NCBI GenBank assembly: GCA_910586775.1
Contig: CAJUJN010000006.1
Location: 26,344-90,343, forward strand
Reading direction: 5' to 3'
From: an uncultured Acetatifactor sp.
Lineage (GTDB): Bacteria; Bacillota; Clostridia; Lachnospirales; Lachnospiraceae
Length of the DNA: 64,000 nt
Both the position numbers and the translations under genes were made by a program. This document shows positions 55,745 through 64,000 of the stretch, in pieces (the stretch's first letter is position 1; each line of letters begins with the position of its first letter). The notes beneath the pieces were generated by a model. The model did no database searches, had not been told where the DNA came from, and saw only the letters and a program-made list of their open reading frames with translations.

Positions 55745-56334
55745 ATATTTTCCTCCAGAACAGCATCCAAAAGCCCGTATATCTCATCCCGTCCCTGCTT
55801 TGTCTCCGCAGAAAACGGAATAATAGCTCCGTCTGCGCTCATACCCAGAGTACTGCATATCTGTTTCAGCTGACTCTGCACCTGGCTGCGCTTTATCTTA
55901 TCCAGCTTGGTGGCAATGATGACAGGCCGATAGCCACTGTCCATGATCCAGTCATACATGATACGGTCATTTTCCGAAGGCGCATGCCGGATATCCACCA
56001 GGAGAAATACCTGCTTCAGCTGCTTCGACCTATGCAGATACCTTTCCACCATTTTCCCCCACTGGGCTTTCACGGCTTCATTTGCCCTCGCATAACCGTA
56101 TCCGGGCAAATCCACAAAATAGAGAGTATCATTTATATTATAGAAATTAATCGTCTGGGTTTTGCCCGGCTGGGAACTTGTACGGGCAAGAGACTTCCGG
56201 TTCATCAGCGCGTTAATCAGGGAAGATTTCCCCACATTACTCTTGCCTGCAAATGCCACCTCGGGCAGCTGAGTCTCCGGCAGTTTACTGGTGATACCGC
56301 ACACTGTCTCCAGACTGACCTGTTTGATTAACAT
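55741..56334 (-). CDS. engB: Ribosome biogenesis GTP-binding protein YsxC/EngB
   Basis: GKSNVGKSSLINAL, DLPGYGYA and TKLDK motifs. Confidence 0.95.
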   Translation of the reverse strand: MLIKQVSLETVCGITSKLPETQLPEVAFAGKSNVGKSSLINALMNRKSLARTSSQPGKTQTINFYNINDTLYFVDLPGYGYARANEAVKAQWGKMVERYLHRSKQLKQVFLLVDIRHAPSENDRIMYDWIMDSGYRPVIIATKLDKIKRSQVQSQLKQICSTLGMSADGAIIPFSAETKQGRDEIYGLLDAVLEENI

Positions 56335-56435
56335 TCGTCACATCCTTCCTCAGAAAATACCGCAAATCCCACCCTTTCTTCTCTTTTGGAATGCTGCAGG
56401 GCTGTTTACCAATATTTCCTGCCATAAAACTGAAA

Positions 56436-56466
56436 TGTCAAAACGCCGTCCTGAAGGACGGCGTCT
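56436..56466 (-). terminator. Rho-independent terminator about 190 nt downstream of clpX
   Basis: ACGCCGTCC (56443-56451) pairs with GGACGGCGT (56456-56464). On the minus strand it is followed by TTTTGACATTT. Confidence 0.8.
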
Positions 56467-56472
56467 TACATC

Positions 56473-56518
56473 TATACTCAGGACCGCCAGAATTAATACT
56501 CGTGCCCGAAAACATTTA
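56473..56518 (-). repeat. Two tandem half-units of the TATACT repeat family in the clpX 3-prime region
   Basis: TATACTCAGGACCGCCAGAATT is identical (22/22) to 23675-23696. It is followed by AATACTCGTGCCCGAAAACATTTA. Confidence 0.6.
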
Positions 56519-56652
56519 TCAACACAAATGTATAACGAGTGAGTGCTTCCGCGATGCGGAATAAAAAAGCTGCAACAAAATACACTCACGAGTATACACT
56601 GTCAGTATAATCCAACCATCCCGGAAATTGTACTGCCAATCGCTCAAACCGG

Positions 56653-57927
56653 TTATATGGCCTTATTCAACCCTATCCTCCGCTCATTCTTGTGAATGGT
56701 CAAAGGCGCATTACCTTCTTCCACCGTATCTTCCGTAATAATGCATTCCTCAATGCTCTCGTCGGAAGGAATCTCATACATGGTATCCATCAGGATATCC
56801 TCCATGATAGAACGCAATCCTCTGGCACCCGTTTTACGCTCATAAGCCTTGGCCGCAATGGATTCCACTGCGCTGTCCTCAAAAGAAAGCTCCACACCGT
56901 CCATGTCGAACAGCTTCTTATACTGTTTGATCAGGGCATTCTTGGGTTCTTTCAGGATGCGGACCAAAGCTTCCTTATCAAGTCCTCTCAAAGCGACACA
57001 GATGGGCACACGGCCTACGAACTCCGGAATCAGACCGAATTTTACCAGATCCTGAGGCGTCACCTCCTGAAGGATATCTCCGATCTCCCTGGTAGTCTTC
57101 TGTGACACCTCGGTGTTAAATCCGATGGCCTTGCGGTCCAGCCTGGTCTCAATGATCTTCTCCAGTCCGTCAAAAGCGCCTCCGCAGACAAACAGGATAT
57201 TGGAAGTATCAATGGAAATCAACTCCTGATGAGGATGCTTCCTTCCTCCCTGAGGCGGCACATTCGCCACGGTACCTTCCACAATTTTCAGAAGCGCCTG
57301 CTGAACACCCTCACCCGATACATCCCGGGTTATGGATACATTCTCCCCTTTCTTGGTGATCTTGTCGATCTCATCAATATAAATCATGCCATACTGGGCA
57401 CGCTCTACATCATAATCCGCTGCCTGAATCAGCTTCAGAAGGATATTTTCCACATCCTCCCCTACATATCCGGCTTCGGTCAGCGTAGTCGCATCCGCGA
57501 TTGCAAAGGGGACATTGATAATCTTTGCCAGCGTCTGAGCCAGATAAGTCTTGCCCGATCCTGTAGGGCCAACCATAATAATATTGCTCTTCTGCAGTTC
57601 CACGTCATCCAGATCCCTGGGTGCCATCACTCTCTTGTAATGGTTGTAGACAGCCACAGAGAGCACTTTCTTTGCCTCCTCCTGGCCAACCACATATTCA
57701 TCCAGAAAATTTTTGATCTCAACGGGCTTCAGAAGGTTGATGTCGGGACGGACAGATTCCTCCTCTTCCTCTTCCTGCAATTCCTCCTCCAGAATATCCG
57801 TGCATATCTCCACACAATCATCACAGATATAAACTCCCGCCGGACCCGCAATCAGCTTGCGGACCTGGTTCTGGGTCTTATTGCAGAAGGAGCATCTGAT
57901 ATCGCTTCCGATTATTCTTCCTGCCAT
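56653..57927 (-). CDS. clpX: ATP-dependent Clp protease ATP-binding subunit ClpX
   Basis: Zinc finger CSFCNK...CDDC, Walker A GPTGSGKT and IYIDEIDK. Confidence 0.97.
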   Translation of the reverse strand: MAGRIIGSDIRCSFCNKTQNQVRKLIAGPAGVYICDDCVEICTDILEEELQEEEEEESVRPDINLLKPVEIKNFLDEYVVGQEEAKKVLSVAVYNHYKRVMAPRDLDDVELQKSNIIMVGPTGSGKTYLAQTLAKIINVPFAIADATTLTEAGYVGEDVENILLKLIQAADYDVERAQYGMIYIDEIDKITKKGENVSITRDVSGEGVQQALLKIVEGTVANVPPQGGRKHPHQELISIDTSNILFVCGGAFDGLEKIIETRLDRKAIGFNTEVSQKTTREIGDILQEVTPQDLVKFGLIPEFVGRVPICVALRGLDKEALVRILKEPKNALIKQYKKLFDMDGVELSFEDSAVESIAAKAYERKTGARGLRSIMEDILMDTMYEIPSDESIEECIITEDTVEEGNAPLTIHKNERRIGLNKAI

Positions 57928-57966
57928 TACTTTACTCCTAAATTTTTTAATCTCGCACAGCGGAAC

Positions 57967-58566
57967 TTATTTCCCGCTCTGTGTGTCATGGGAACTGATC
58001 ACCATGTCAATGATTCCATACTCTCTGGCTTCCTCGGCGCTCATCCAGTTGTCGCGCTCGGTATCCGCACAGATCTGCTCATAATCCCTGCCGGTATTCT
58101 GTGACAGGATATGATTTAACTTCTCTTTTGTTCTCAAAATATGCTTTGCGGCAATCTCAATCTCCGTTGCCTGCCCCTGAGTACCGCCTGCCGGCTGGTG
58201 AATCATGATCTCCGCATTGGGCAATGCAAAACGCTTTCCCTTCGCGCCGCCTGCCAGCAGGAAAGAGCCCATGCTGGCTGCCATACCGATACATACGGTA
58301 GACACGTCACACTTGATATAATGCATGGTGTCATAAATCGCCATGCCCGCCGTAATGACACCGCCGGGGCTATTGATATACAAATGAATATCCTTCTCCG
58401 GGTCCTCTGCCTCCAGGAATAACAGCTGTGCCACCACAATACTGGCAGATGTATCGTTCACTTCCTCGCCAAGGACAATAATCCTGTCCTTCAAAAGCCT
58501 GGAATAGATATCATAGGATCTCTCTCCCCTGCTGGTCTGCTCAATGACATAAGGTACTAAACTCAT
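57967..58566 (-). CDS. clpP: ATP-dependent Clp protease proteolytic subunit
   Basis: GMAASMG catalytic Ser region and IMIHQP. Confidence 0.97.
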   Translation of the reverse strand: MSLVPYVIEQTSRGERSYDIYSRLLKDRIIVLGEEVNDTSASIVVAQLLFLEAEDPEKDIHLYINSPGGVITAGMAIYDTMHYIKCDVSTVCIGMAASMGSFLLAGGAKGKRFALPNAEIMIHQPAGGTQGQATEIEIAAKHILRTKEKLNHILSQNTGRDYEQICADTERDNWMSAEEAREYGIIDMVISSHDTQSGK

Positions 58567-58669
58567 ATGAAAAGCCTCCTACATAAATCCTGTATCCGCC
58601 CCCGTTCCCAACCGTCTGAAACAAGTCCTGACACCGGAACGGACACCTTCTGAAATTACGCCTGCAAAA

Positions 58670-59959
58670 TTATTCTTCTACTGCATTCTCCACTACAAAG
58701 TCGGCCGCCTTCCTGACACAGATATCCTCGCTTACCTGCTTCCTGCCGTCCTTACCCAGCATCTCCACGACTCTCTCGGTATCCATCTGGTAAACCTCGC
58801 CCATTTTCTTCAGTTCTTCCTCAATCTCCTCATCGGAAGCGGTGATATTCTCTGCAGCCGCCACAGCCTCCAGAATCAGTCTGGACTGGATGCGCTTCAT
58901 CACCTGAGGCTTCACCTGCTCCATGAACTGCTCTCTGGTCATGCCTGTAAACTGCATATACTGCTCAAAGGAAATCCCCTGGTACTGCAGTCTCTGAGCA
59001 TAATCCTGCACCATCTGCCTCTGCTGGGTCTCGATCATGGCCTGAGGGATATCCATCTGTGCATCCTCGATAATGGCATCCACAACAGCATCCTCTTTCT
59101 TCGCCCTGGCTTCCTCTTCCTTTCTTCCCGTCAGTTTCTTCCTGATTTCCTCTTTATATTCCTCAACGGTATCGCTTTCCTCGGAGATTTCGCCTACGAA
59201 ATCATCATCAAGCTCCGGAAGCTGCTTCTCCTGCAGTCTCTTGACAGTACACTTAAATACTGCCGGCCTGCCTGCAAGCTCCTCTGCCTGATAATCCTCC
59301 GGAAATGTCACGTTCACATCAGTCTCTTTCTCCAGCTCGGCTCCAATCAGCGCCTCCTCAAAACCGGGAATGAATGCATGGGAGCCAATGGTCAGCGGAT
59401 AGTCACTTCCCTTGCCGCCCTCAAAAGCCTCTCCGTCCACAAAGCCTTCAAAATCGATGGTTGCAATATCACCTTCCTGCACTGTCCTGTCGGTGACCTC
59501 CACGGTCCTTGCGTTCTTGCCTCGCTCTTTGTCGATTTCTGCCGTCACTTCTTCGTCTGTGACATCCACATCTGACTTCTCTACCTTGATGCCCTTGTAC
59601 TGTCCCAGTGTCACCTCGGGCTTGATTGCCACTTCAGCAGTAAAGATAAAGGGCTTGCCTGCCTCCAGCTGTACCACATCGACCTTCGGCGCAGATACAA
59701 TATCTTCTTCGCACTCATCATAAGCCTGCTCATATGCATCAGGAATCAGGGCATTCGCTGCATCCTCATAGAACAGCTCCCTGCCGTACATCTGCTCCAG
59801 CATCCTGCGGGGTGCTTTCCCTTTCCTGAATCCGGGAAGACTGATCTTGCCTTTGTTCTTCTGATATGCGCCTTCGATTGCCTTCTCCAATTCCTCGGCG
59901 GACACCTCAATTGTCAGTCTCGCCATATTATTGCCTAATTTTTCTACCTGTAAACCCAT
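58670..59959 (-). CDS. tig: Trigger factor
   Basis: GFRKGKAP ribosome-binding motif and an FKBP-type central domain, 429 aa. Confidence 0.95.
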   Translation of the reverse strand: MGLQVEKLGNNMARLTIEVSAEELEKAIEGAYQKNKGKISLPGFRKGKAPRRMLEQMYGRELFYEDAANALIPDAYEQAYDECEEDIVSAPKVDVVQLEAGKPFIFTAEVAIKPEVTLGQYKGIKVEKSDVDVTDEEVTAEIDKERGKNARTVEVTDRTVQEGDIATIDFEGFVDGEAFEGGKGSDYPLTIGSHAFIPGFEEALIGAELEKETDVNVTFPEDYQAEELAGRPAVFKCTVKRLQEKQLPELDDDFVGEISEESDTVEEYKEEIRKKLTGRKEEEARAKKEDAVVDAIIEDAQMDIPQAMIETQQRQMVQDYAQRLQYQGISFEQYMQFTGMTREQFMEQVKPQVMKRIQSRLILEAVAAAENITASDEEIEEELKKMGEVYQMDTERVVEMLGKDGRKQVSEDICVRKAADFVVENAVEE

Positions 59960-60316
59960 TTTTACATTTCCTCCTTCAATTCTGTGTCCTGTCCTTCAAT
60001 GCGCATCCTTCTCTTAAGAAAAATCGTTACCGGCCATCCTGTGGCACATGGCAAATCACTTCCTAATTTATAAGTAAAAAAGGCTTTATGCTGCATAGAC
60101 ACAGCCGCAATCGTAAAGATTATAGCATAGTGTATTCAAAAACACAAATGTTTTCAGCATTTTTTCATTATAATTGTTTCTTAAATCTTTCTAAAAGATG
60201 CTTCTCGCCCCCAATTTCCGAATTCTGTATTACAGATAATGTTTCACAAAAGCTTCTTTTCACACTTCCCGCCATGCCGTCAATGCCTGCACTTTACGGA
60301 ACCGGTGCAATTCCAT

Positions 60317-61324
60317 TTACACTTCTCCCAGAAGGATATCATGATTCACGGTCCGGTAGAACATCCTGCGGAACTGCTCCGGCTCCCCCGACTGCCCCAA
60401 CACCCACATTACTTTTGCCACGGCCGCTTCCAGCGTCATATCATAGGCTTCCATCAGCCGGAATTCTTCCTTGATGACCCTCCCCACCCGGTACACCTCC
60501 ATATCACTGCCCTCATGGGTGACCTGGGTAGCCATCAGCACCAGTTTACCTGCATCCGTCCACCGGCGTATCTCCGGATAAAAAGGCTCTTCCCCATACT
60601 CCGGAAGCCCTCCCACGCCGAATGCTTCTATGATTACGCCATCGTAATAGGGAAAGAGCCGGTTCAACACGGCCGCATCCGTCCCCGGCACCAGTTTCAG
60701 CAGCAGAATCCGTTCATTCAATGTATGGTAAAAGCGCACCGGGCCATCCACCCTGTCTTTATCGTCAATGTAAAACACAATCCTGCCGTCCCGGATGACA
60801 GCCACACTCGGAAAATTAATGCTGGAAAAAGCGTCATAGCTTTTGGAGCGCTCCTTCTTGGCCCGGGTTCCCGCAATCACATTGCCGCCAAACACAATAT
60901 TCACTCCGTGAGCCCTCTCATCGGAGGCAAACCTGAGACTGTCCAGCAGATTGGTCCTGGCATCCGTCACCGGCAGGTCAATCGGCTTCTGAGAGCCCGT
61001 GATGATAATGGGCTTCCTGCTGTCCTGCACCAGATAGGACAACGCCGCCGCGGTAAACGCCATGGTATCCGTGCCATGGCTGATGACAAATCCGTCATAT
61101 TTCTGATAATGCCTCTCCACCAGGGCAGCCAGCTCCAACCAGTGCTTTGCATATACATTTGTGCTGTCCAGGCTGAAGGGCTGTATCACATCCACATCAC
61201 AGAAGGCTCTGTGCTCTTCTACATACTGAAGCAACTCCCCCGCTCCGATCTTCGGCGATAATCCTTCCTCTGTGCGTCCTGACGCAATGGTTCCGCCCGT
61301 TGCGATCAGCAGTATCTTTTTCAT
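60317..61324 (-). CDS. ansA: L-asparaginase, type I
   Basis: LLIATGGTIAS and HGTDTM motifs. The ATG at 61324 is preceded by GGAGG. Confidence 0.9.
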   Translation of the reverse strand: MKKILLIATGGTIASGRTEEGLSPKIGAGELLQYVEEHRAFCDVDVIQPFSLDSTNVYAKHWLELAALVERHYQKYDGFVISHGTDTMAFTAAALSYLVQDSRKPIIITGSQKPIDLPVTDARTNLLDSLRFASDERAHGVNIVFGGNVIAGTRAKKERSKSYDAFSSINFPSVAVIRDGRIVFYIDDKDRVDGPVRFYHTLNERILLLKLVPGTDAAVLNRLFPYYDGVIIEAFGVGGLPEYGEEPFYPEIRRWTDAGKLVLMATQVTHEGSDMEVYRVGRVIKEEFRLMEAYDMTLEAAVAKVMWVLGQSGEPEQFRRMFYRTVNHDILLGEV

Positions 61325-61427
61325 TTCAATTCCTCCGTCCCGACTGCTTTCCGTTGATTTTACACCCATACCCGGCGGCCTCCAGACCTCGCAGCAGTCT
61401 GACAAGCCCCGCATTATTGTCAGCTTT

Positions 61428-62876
61428 CTATTCCGTCTCCTTTACAATCCCTTCATCCGATATCTCCACATTAACGGAAATACTCTCCAGGAAATCGTAA
61501 ATTCTCCGCTGCTCCTTCGCTTCAGCCGTGTAGGTTGTCCGATATCCCGCCTGCACTGCCGGAATCACCTGTACCTCCAGCTGTCCGTCTTCTTCTGTTC
61601 CTGTAAAATGCAGCTGCAGCAGCATGGTATCCAGGGTCTTCTCATTAAACCAATAATTTCCCAGACTGTAAATAATCGGTTTCCCGTCATAATACTCCAT
61701 CCCCTGAAGACAGTGAGAATGAGCGCCGATGACCGCATCCGCGCCGGCGTCCAGATACGCCTTCCCCGTCTCCAGCTGAACCTGCTCCAGGTCATAGCTG
61801 TATTCTGTCCCCCAGTGGACGAAGGCAATACAGAAGTCCGCATTTTCCTTGCCCTCCTGAATTGCCTGCAGGTACAGTTCCGTGTCATAGCATCGCAGAA
61901 TCCCAGGCTCCGTTTCCGTAGCCTGGGGCGTCATTTTATTTTTTTCCGCCCGGGAAGCCCCTACCAGGGCGATGCGCTTGCCGTCCGCCTCCAGATACAG
62001 AGGTTTCATGGCATCCTCCAACGTACGACCTGCCCCGAAATACGGCACCTCCGCTTCCTCCAGCACGGCAAAGGTGTCCAGCAGGGCTTCCTTTCCGTAA
62101 TCATAGACATGGTTGTTGGCCAGTGTCACGGCATCCACCCCAAGCTGGCGAAGCACCTCCACCCGCTCGGGCATCGCCCGGAAAGTGTACGCTTTTCCCG
62201 GCAGCGGTGAGCCTCCCATACTGTAGGTAAACTCATTGTTCAGGCACATGATATCCGCCGACTGCATTATCTCCGTCAGTTCCCCGGAAATACAATCGTA
62301 GATACCGTTTTCCTGCGCGTCCAGGAAATGAGTGGTGCCCCAGTTTTCATCCAGGTTGATGTCCCCGGCAAAGCAAACCGTAAAGTCGTAGCCATCGTCT
62401 TTCCCATTATCCGGCTCTGAGGCAGATGCCGACACGCCTTCCTGTCCTGCCGGCAGACCGGCTTCCGTTCCCTGTTCATCCGACGGTTCAGATTCGTTCC
62501 CCTGGTTTACAGATGAATCAGACATGCCCCGGCCTGATGATGCCCCTGACTCTGTGCCCTCTCTTACATCTGAACCGGGCTCGGCATGGCTTGTTGATGT
62601 CCCTGACTCCCCGCTCTCCCCAACACCCGAAACCGGATTCGGCACAGCAGCTTCCGAATGTTCTCCCGGGGCACCTGCGCCATCCCTCGCTTCTGCGTCG
62701 GCACTCTCTGACTCTGTTCCAGTGCCTGCCGCGGCAGATACTGCATCTCCCTGTCCTGGACTGTCCTGTCCCCACAATGCACATCCGGAAAATGTCAGGC
62801 ACAATGCCAACAGCAATACGGCCCGTTTTCCTGTCAGGGCTTTATCATTTCTATTTCTTCCCATCACATCAGGCAT
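61428..62876 (-). CDS. CapA-family (PGA_cap metallophosphatase-like) lipoprotein with long low-complexity linker
   Basis: Signal LLLALCLTFSGC, about 130 aa of S/G/E/A-rich linker, then CFAGDINLDENW and ANNHVYDYG. Confidence 0.82.
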   Translation of the reverse strand: MPDVMGRNRNDKALTGKRAVLLLALCLTFSGCALWGQDSPGQGDAVSAAAGTGTESESADAEARDGAGAPGEHSEAAVPNPVSGVGESGESGTSTSHAEPGSDVREGTESGASSGRGMSDSSVNQGNESEPSDEQGTEAGLPAGQEGVSASASEPDNGKDDGYDFTVCFAGDINLDENWGTTHFLDAQENGIYDCISGELTEIMQSADIMCLNNEFTYSMGGSPLPGKAYTFRAMPERVEVLRQLGVDAVTLANNHVYDYGKEALLDTFAVLEEAEVPYFGAGRTLEDAMKPLYLEADGKRIALVGASRAEKNKMTPQATETEPGILRCYDTELYLQAIQEGKENADFCIAFVHWGTEYSYDLEQVQLETGKAYLDAGADAVIGAHSHCLQGMEYYDGKPIIYSLGNYWFNEKTLDTMLLQLHFTGTEEDGQLEVQVIPAVQAGYRTTYTAEAKEQRRIYDFLESISVNVEISDEGIVKETE

Positions 62877-64000
62877 CTTTTTTCTCCAGCAGCTTCACAA
62901 GATACTCCCACACCCGCCTTACGGAAGCAATGCTGAGAGTCTCCTCCGTGGTATGGATTCCGCTCATATCAGGCCCTAACGACACGCAGTCCAGATCTTT
63001 TATCTTACTGCCCAGAATACCGCATTCCAACCCTGCGTGAATCGCCTCCACCTTCGGCTCCGCGCCGTACATTTCCCGGTACACCGCAACCATTTTATCC
63101 CGCAGCGGAGAATCCTTGCGATATTTCCAGCCCGGATAATCCCCTGACGCCTCGCTGCTGCCCCCGGACAGGCAGGTTACCGCCGCAACCTTATCAAGCA
63201 GCGCATATTTCACGCTCTCCACACTGCTTCTCACGGCAAATTCCGCCAGCAATTTTCCGTTTTCATATTTCAAAATCCCCAGGTTCAGGGATGTCTCCAC
63301 CAATCCCGGCATATCGGCGCTCATGCCCTGAACACCGTTTGGCAGAGAAATCAGAAATGCCGCAGTCCGTTTCGTATCTTCCGCCGTAACACAGGAATGC
63401 CTCCCCTCTGCGATACTGTCCGCCCGAAGGAAAAAACCCGGATCTTTCGATGCCAGCTCTGCCTGAATCTCTGCCTCCACAGCCTTTACAACCTCACAGA
63501 ATGCTTCCCTGTCCTTCTCCTCCGTGAGAAGCACAGCCCTTGTCTCTCTCGGAATGGCATTGTCCGCCAAGCCGCCTTCTACCCTGACGAGACTCACCGG
63601 CAGCTTCTCCGTCAGCCTGTAGAGCAGCCTGCCAAACAACACATTGGAATTTCCCCTCTCCTTGTGAATCTCGCCGCCGGAATGGCCGCCCTGAAGGCCG
63701 CCCAGCGCAACTTCCACTGCCACGCCTTCCCTCTCCGTAACCGCCACCGGCAGATGGCAATGCACTCTGGCGCCGCCGGCACAGCTGGTGAGAAAGATAC
63801 CCTCCTCTTCGGAGTCCAGATTAATCATACGGCTGCCGGTGAGCAGGGAAAGGTCTATGCCTCTGGCACCGTCCATCCCCACTTCCTCATCAACGGTAAT
63901 AATGACTTCCAGACGAGGATGCTTTATGGTGTCGGAATCCAGAAGCGCCAGGGCATATGCCACCGCAATGCCGTCATCTCCGCCCAGGCTGGTGCCTTCC
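62869..64000 (-). CDS. pepD: Aminoacyl-histidine dipeptidase (PepD-like, M20 family), N-terminus beyond the window edge
   Basis: ITVDEEVGMDGA and HAGLECG motifs. The reading frame stays open to position 64000. Confidence 0.85.
   Translation of the reverse strand, partial: EGTSLGGDDGIAVAYALALLDSDTIKHPRLEVIITVDEEVGMDGARGIDLSLLTGSRMINLDSEEEGIFLTSCAGGARVHCHLPVAVTEREGVAVEVALGGLQGGHSGGEIHKERGNSNVLFGRLLYRLTEKLPVSLVRVEGGLADNAIPRETRAVLLTEEKDREAFCEVVKAVEAEIQAELASKDPGFFLRADSIAEGRHSCVTAEDTKRTAAFLISLPNGVQGMSADMPGLVETSLNLGILKYENGKLLAEFAVRSSVESVKYALLDKVAAVTCLSGGSSEASGDYPGWKYRKDSPLRDKMVAVYREMYGAEPKVEAIHAGLECGILGSKIKDLDCVSLGPDMSGIHTTEETLSIASVRRVWEYLVKLLEKKDA

Noticed and set aside
15131-61414. Longer N-terminal extensions offered by the ORF track for sbcD (16375), sbcC (15094), the Gx transporter (19040), pyrB (25688), the 331-aa flavoprotein (34307), the YesN-like regulator (39374), the COG0523 GTPase (46642) and ansA (61414).
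   Set aside because: In each case an internal ATG preceded by a good Shine-Dalgarno sequence sits exactly where homologous proteins begin. The extension is basic, low-complexity or overlaps the neighbouring gene.
1-64000. Autonomous mobile elements, a prophage or an integrative island.
   Set aside because: No transposase, integrase, recombinase, relaxase or phage structural signatures appear in any frame. There are no tRNA genes that could serve as integration sites. The repeats found are short and non-coding.

Overview
This is a 64-kb chromosomal segment that looks like a Firmicutes/Clostridia genome, with Lachnospiraceae-like gene content; that assignment is inference from gene content only. 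I support about 50 protein genes, roughly 85% of them on the minus strand. I found no rRNA or tRNA genes, no CRISPR array, and no transposase, integrase or phage genes.

Recognisable blocks, from left to right:
- An uncharacterised four-gene cassette (117-7053).
- An ABC-2 transporter pair.
- A peptidoglycan-binding protein.
- sbcDC, with an unusually long SbcC.
- ApbE, divergent from a NusG-II protein and a Gx transporter.
- A folate operon in the order folC-folE-folP-folBK.
- pyrB-pyrI.
- An OmpR/HK two-component system.
- A GH42 beta-galactosidase sugar locus. It carries an ABC importer, two FAD-dependent oxidoreductase-like genes and a YesMN-like two-component system.
- ylmH.
- A pair of COG0523 (CobW-like) GTPases, one carrying a His/Cys-rich tandem repeat.
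- pyrF.
- An ABC exporter.
- traX, an atypical orphan response regulator, and an ECF sigma/anti-sigma pair.
- ytvI-engB and tig-clpP-clpX.
- ansA, a CapA-family gene, and a partial pepD at the window edge.

The best candidate for an undescribed system is the four-gene cassette at 117-7053. It encodes a 1191-aa helical-repeat protein, a degenerate Hsp70/actin-fold protein, a TPR-like protein and a bitopic coiled-coil membrane protein.

Other non-obvious signals:
- A dispersed ~101-nt intergenic hairpin element with terminal inverted repeats and compensatory stem substitutions. There are three full copies plus partial units.
- A duplicated 44-nt leader with mutually exclusive pairings next to the pyrF ribosome-binding site.
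- A response regulator that lacks the acidic pocket and the conserved lysine.

All family names come from recognising motifs in the translations. No database search was run.
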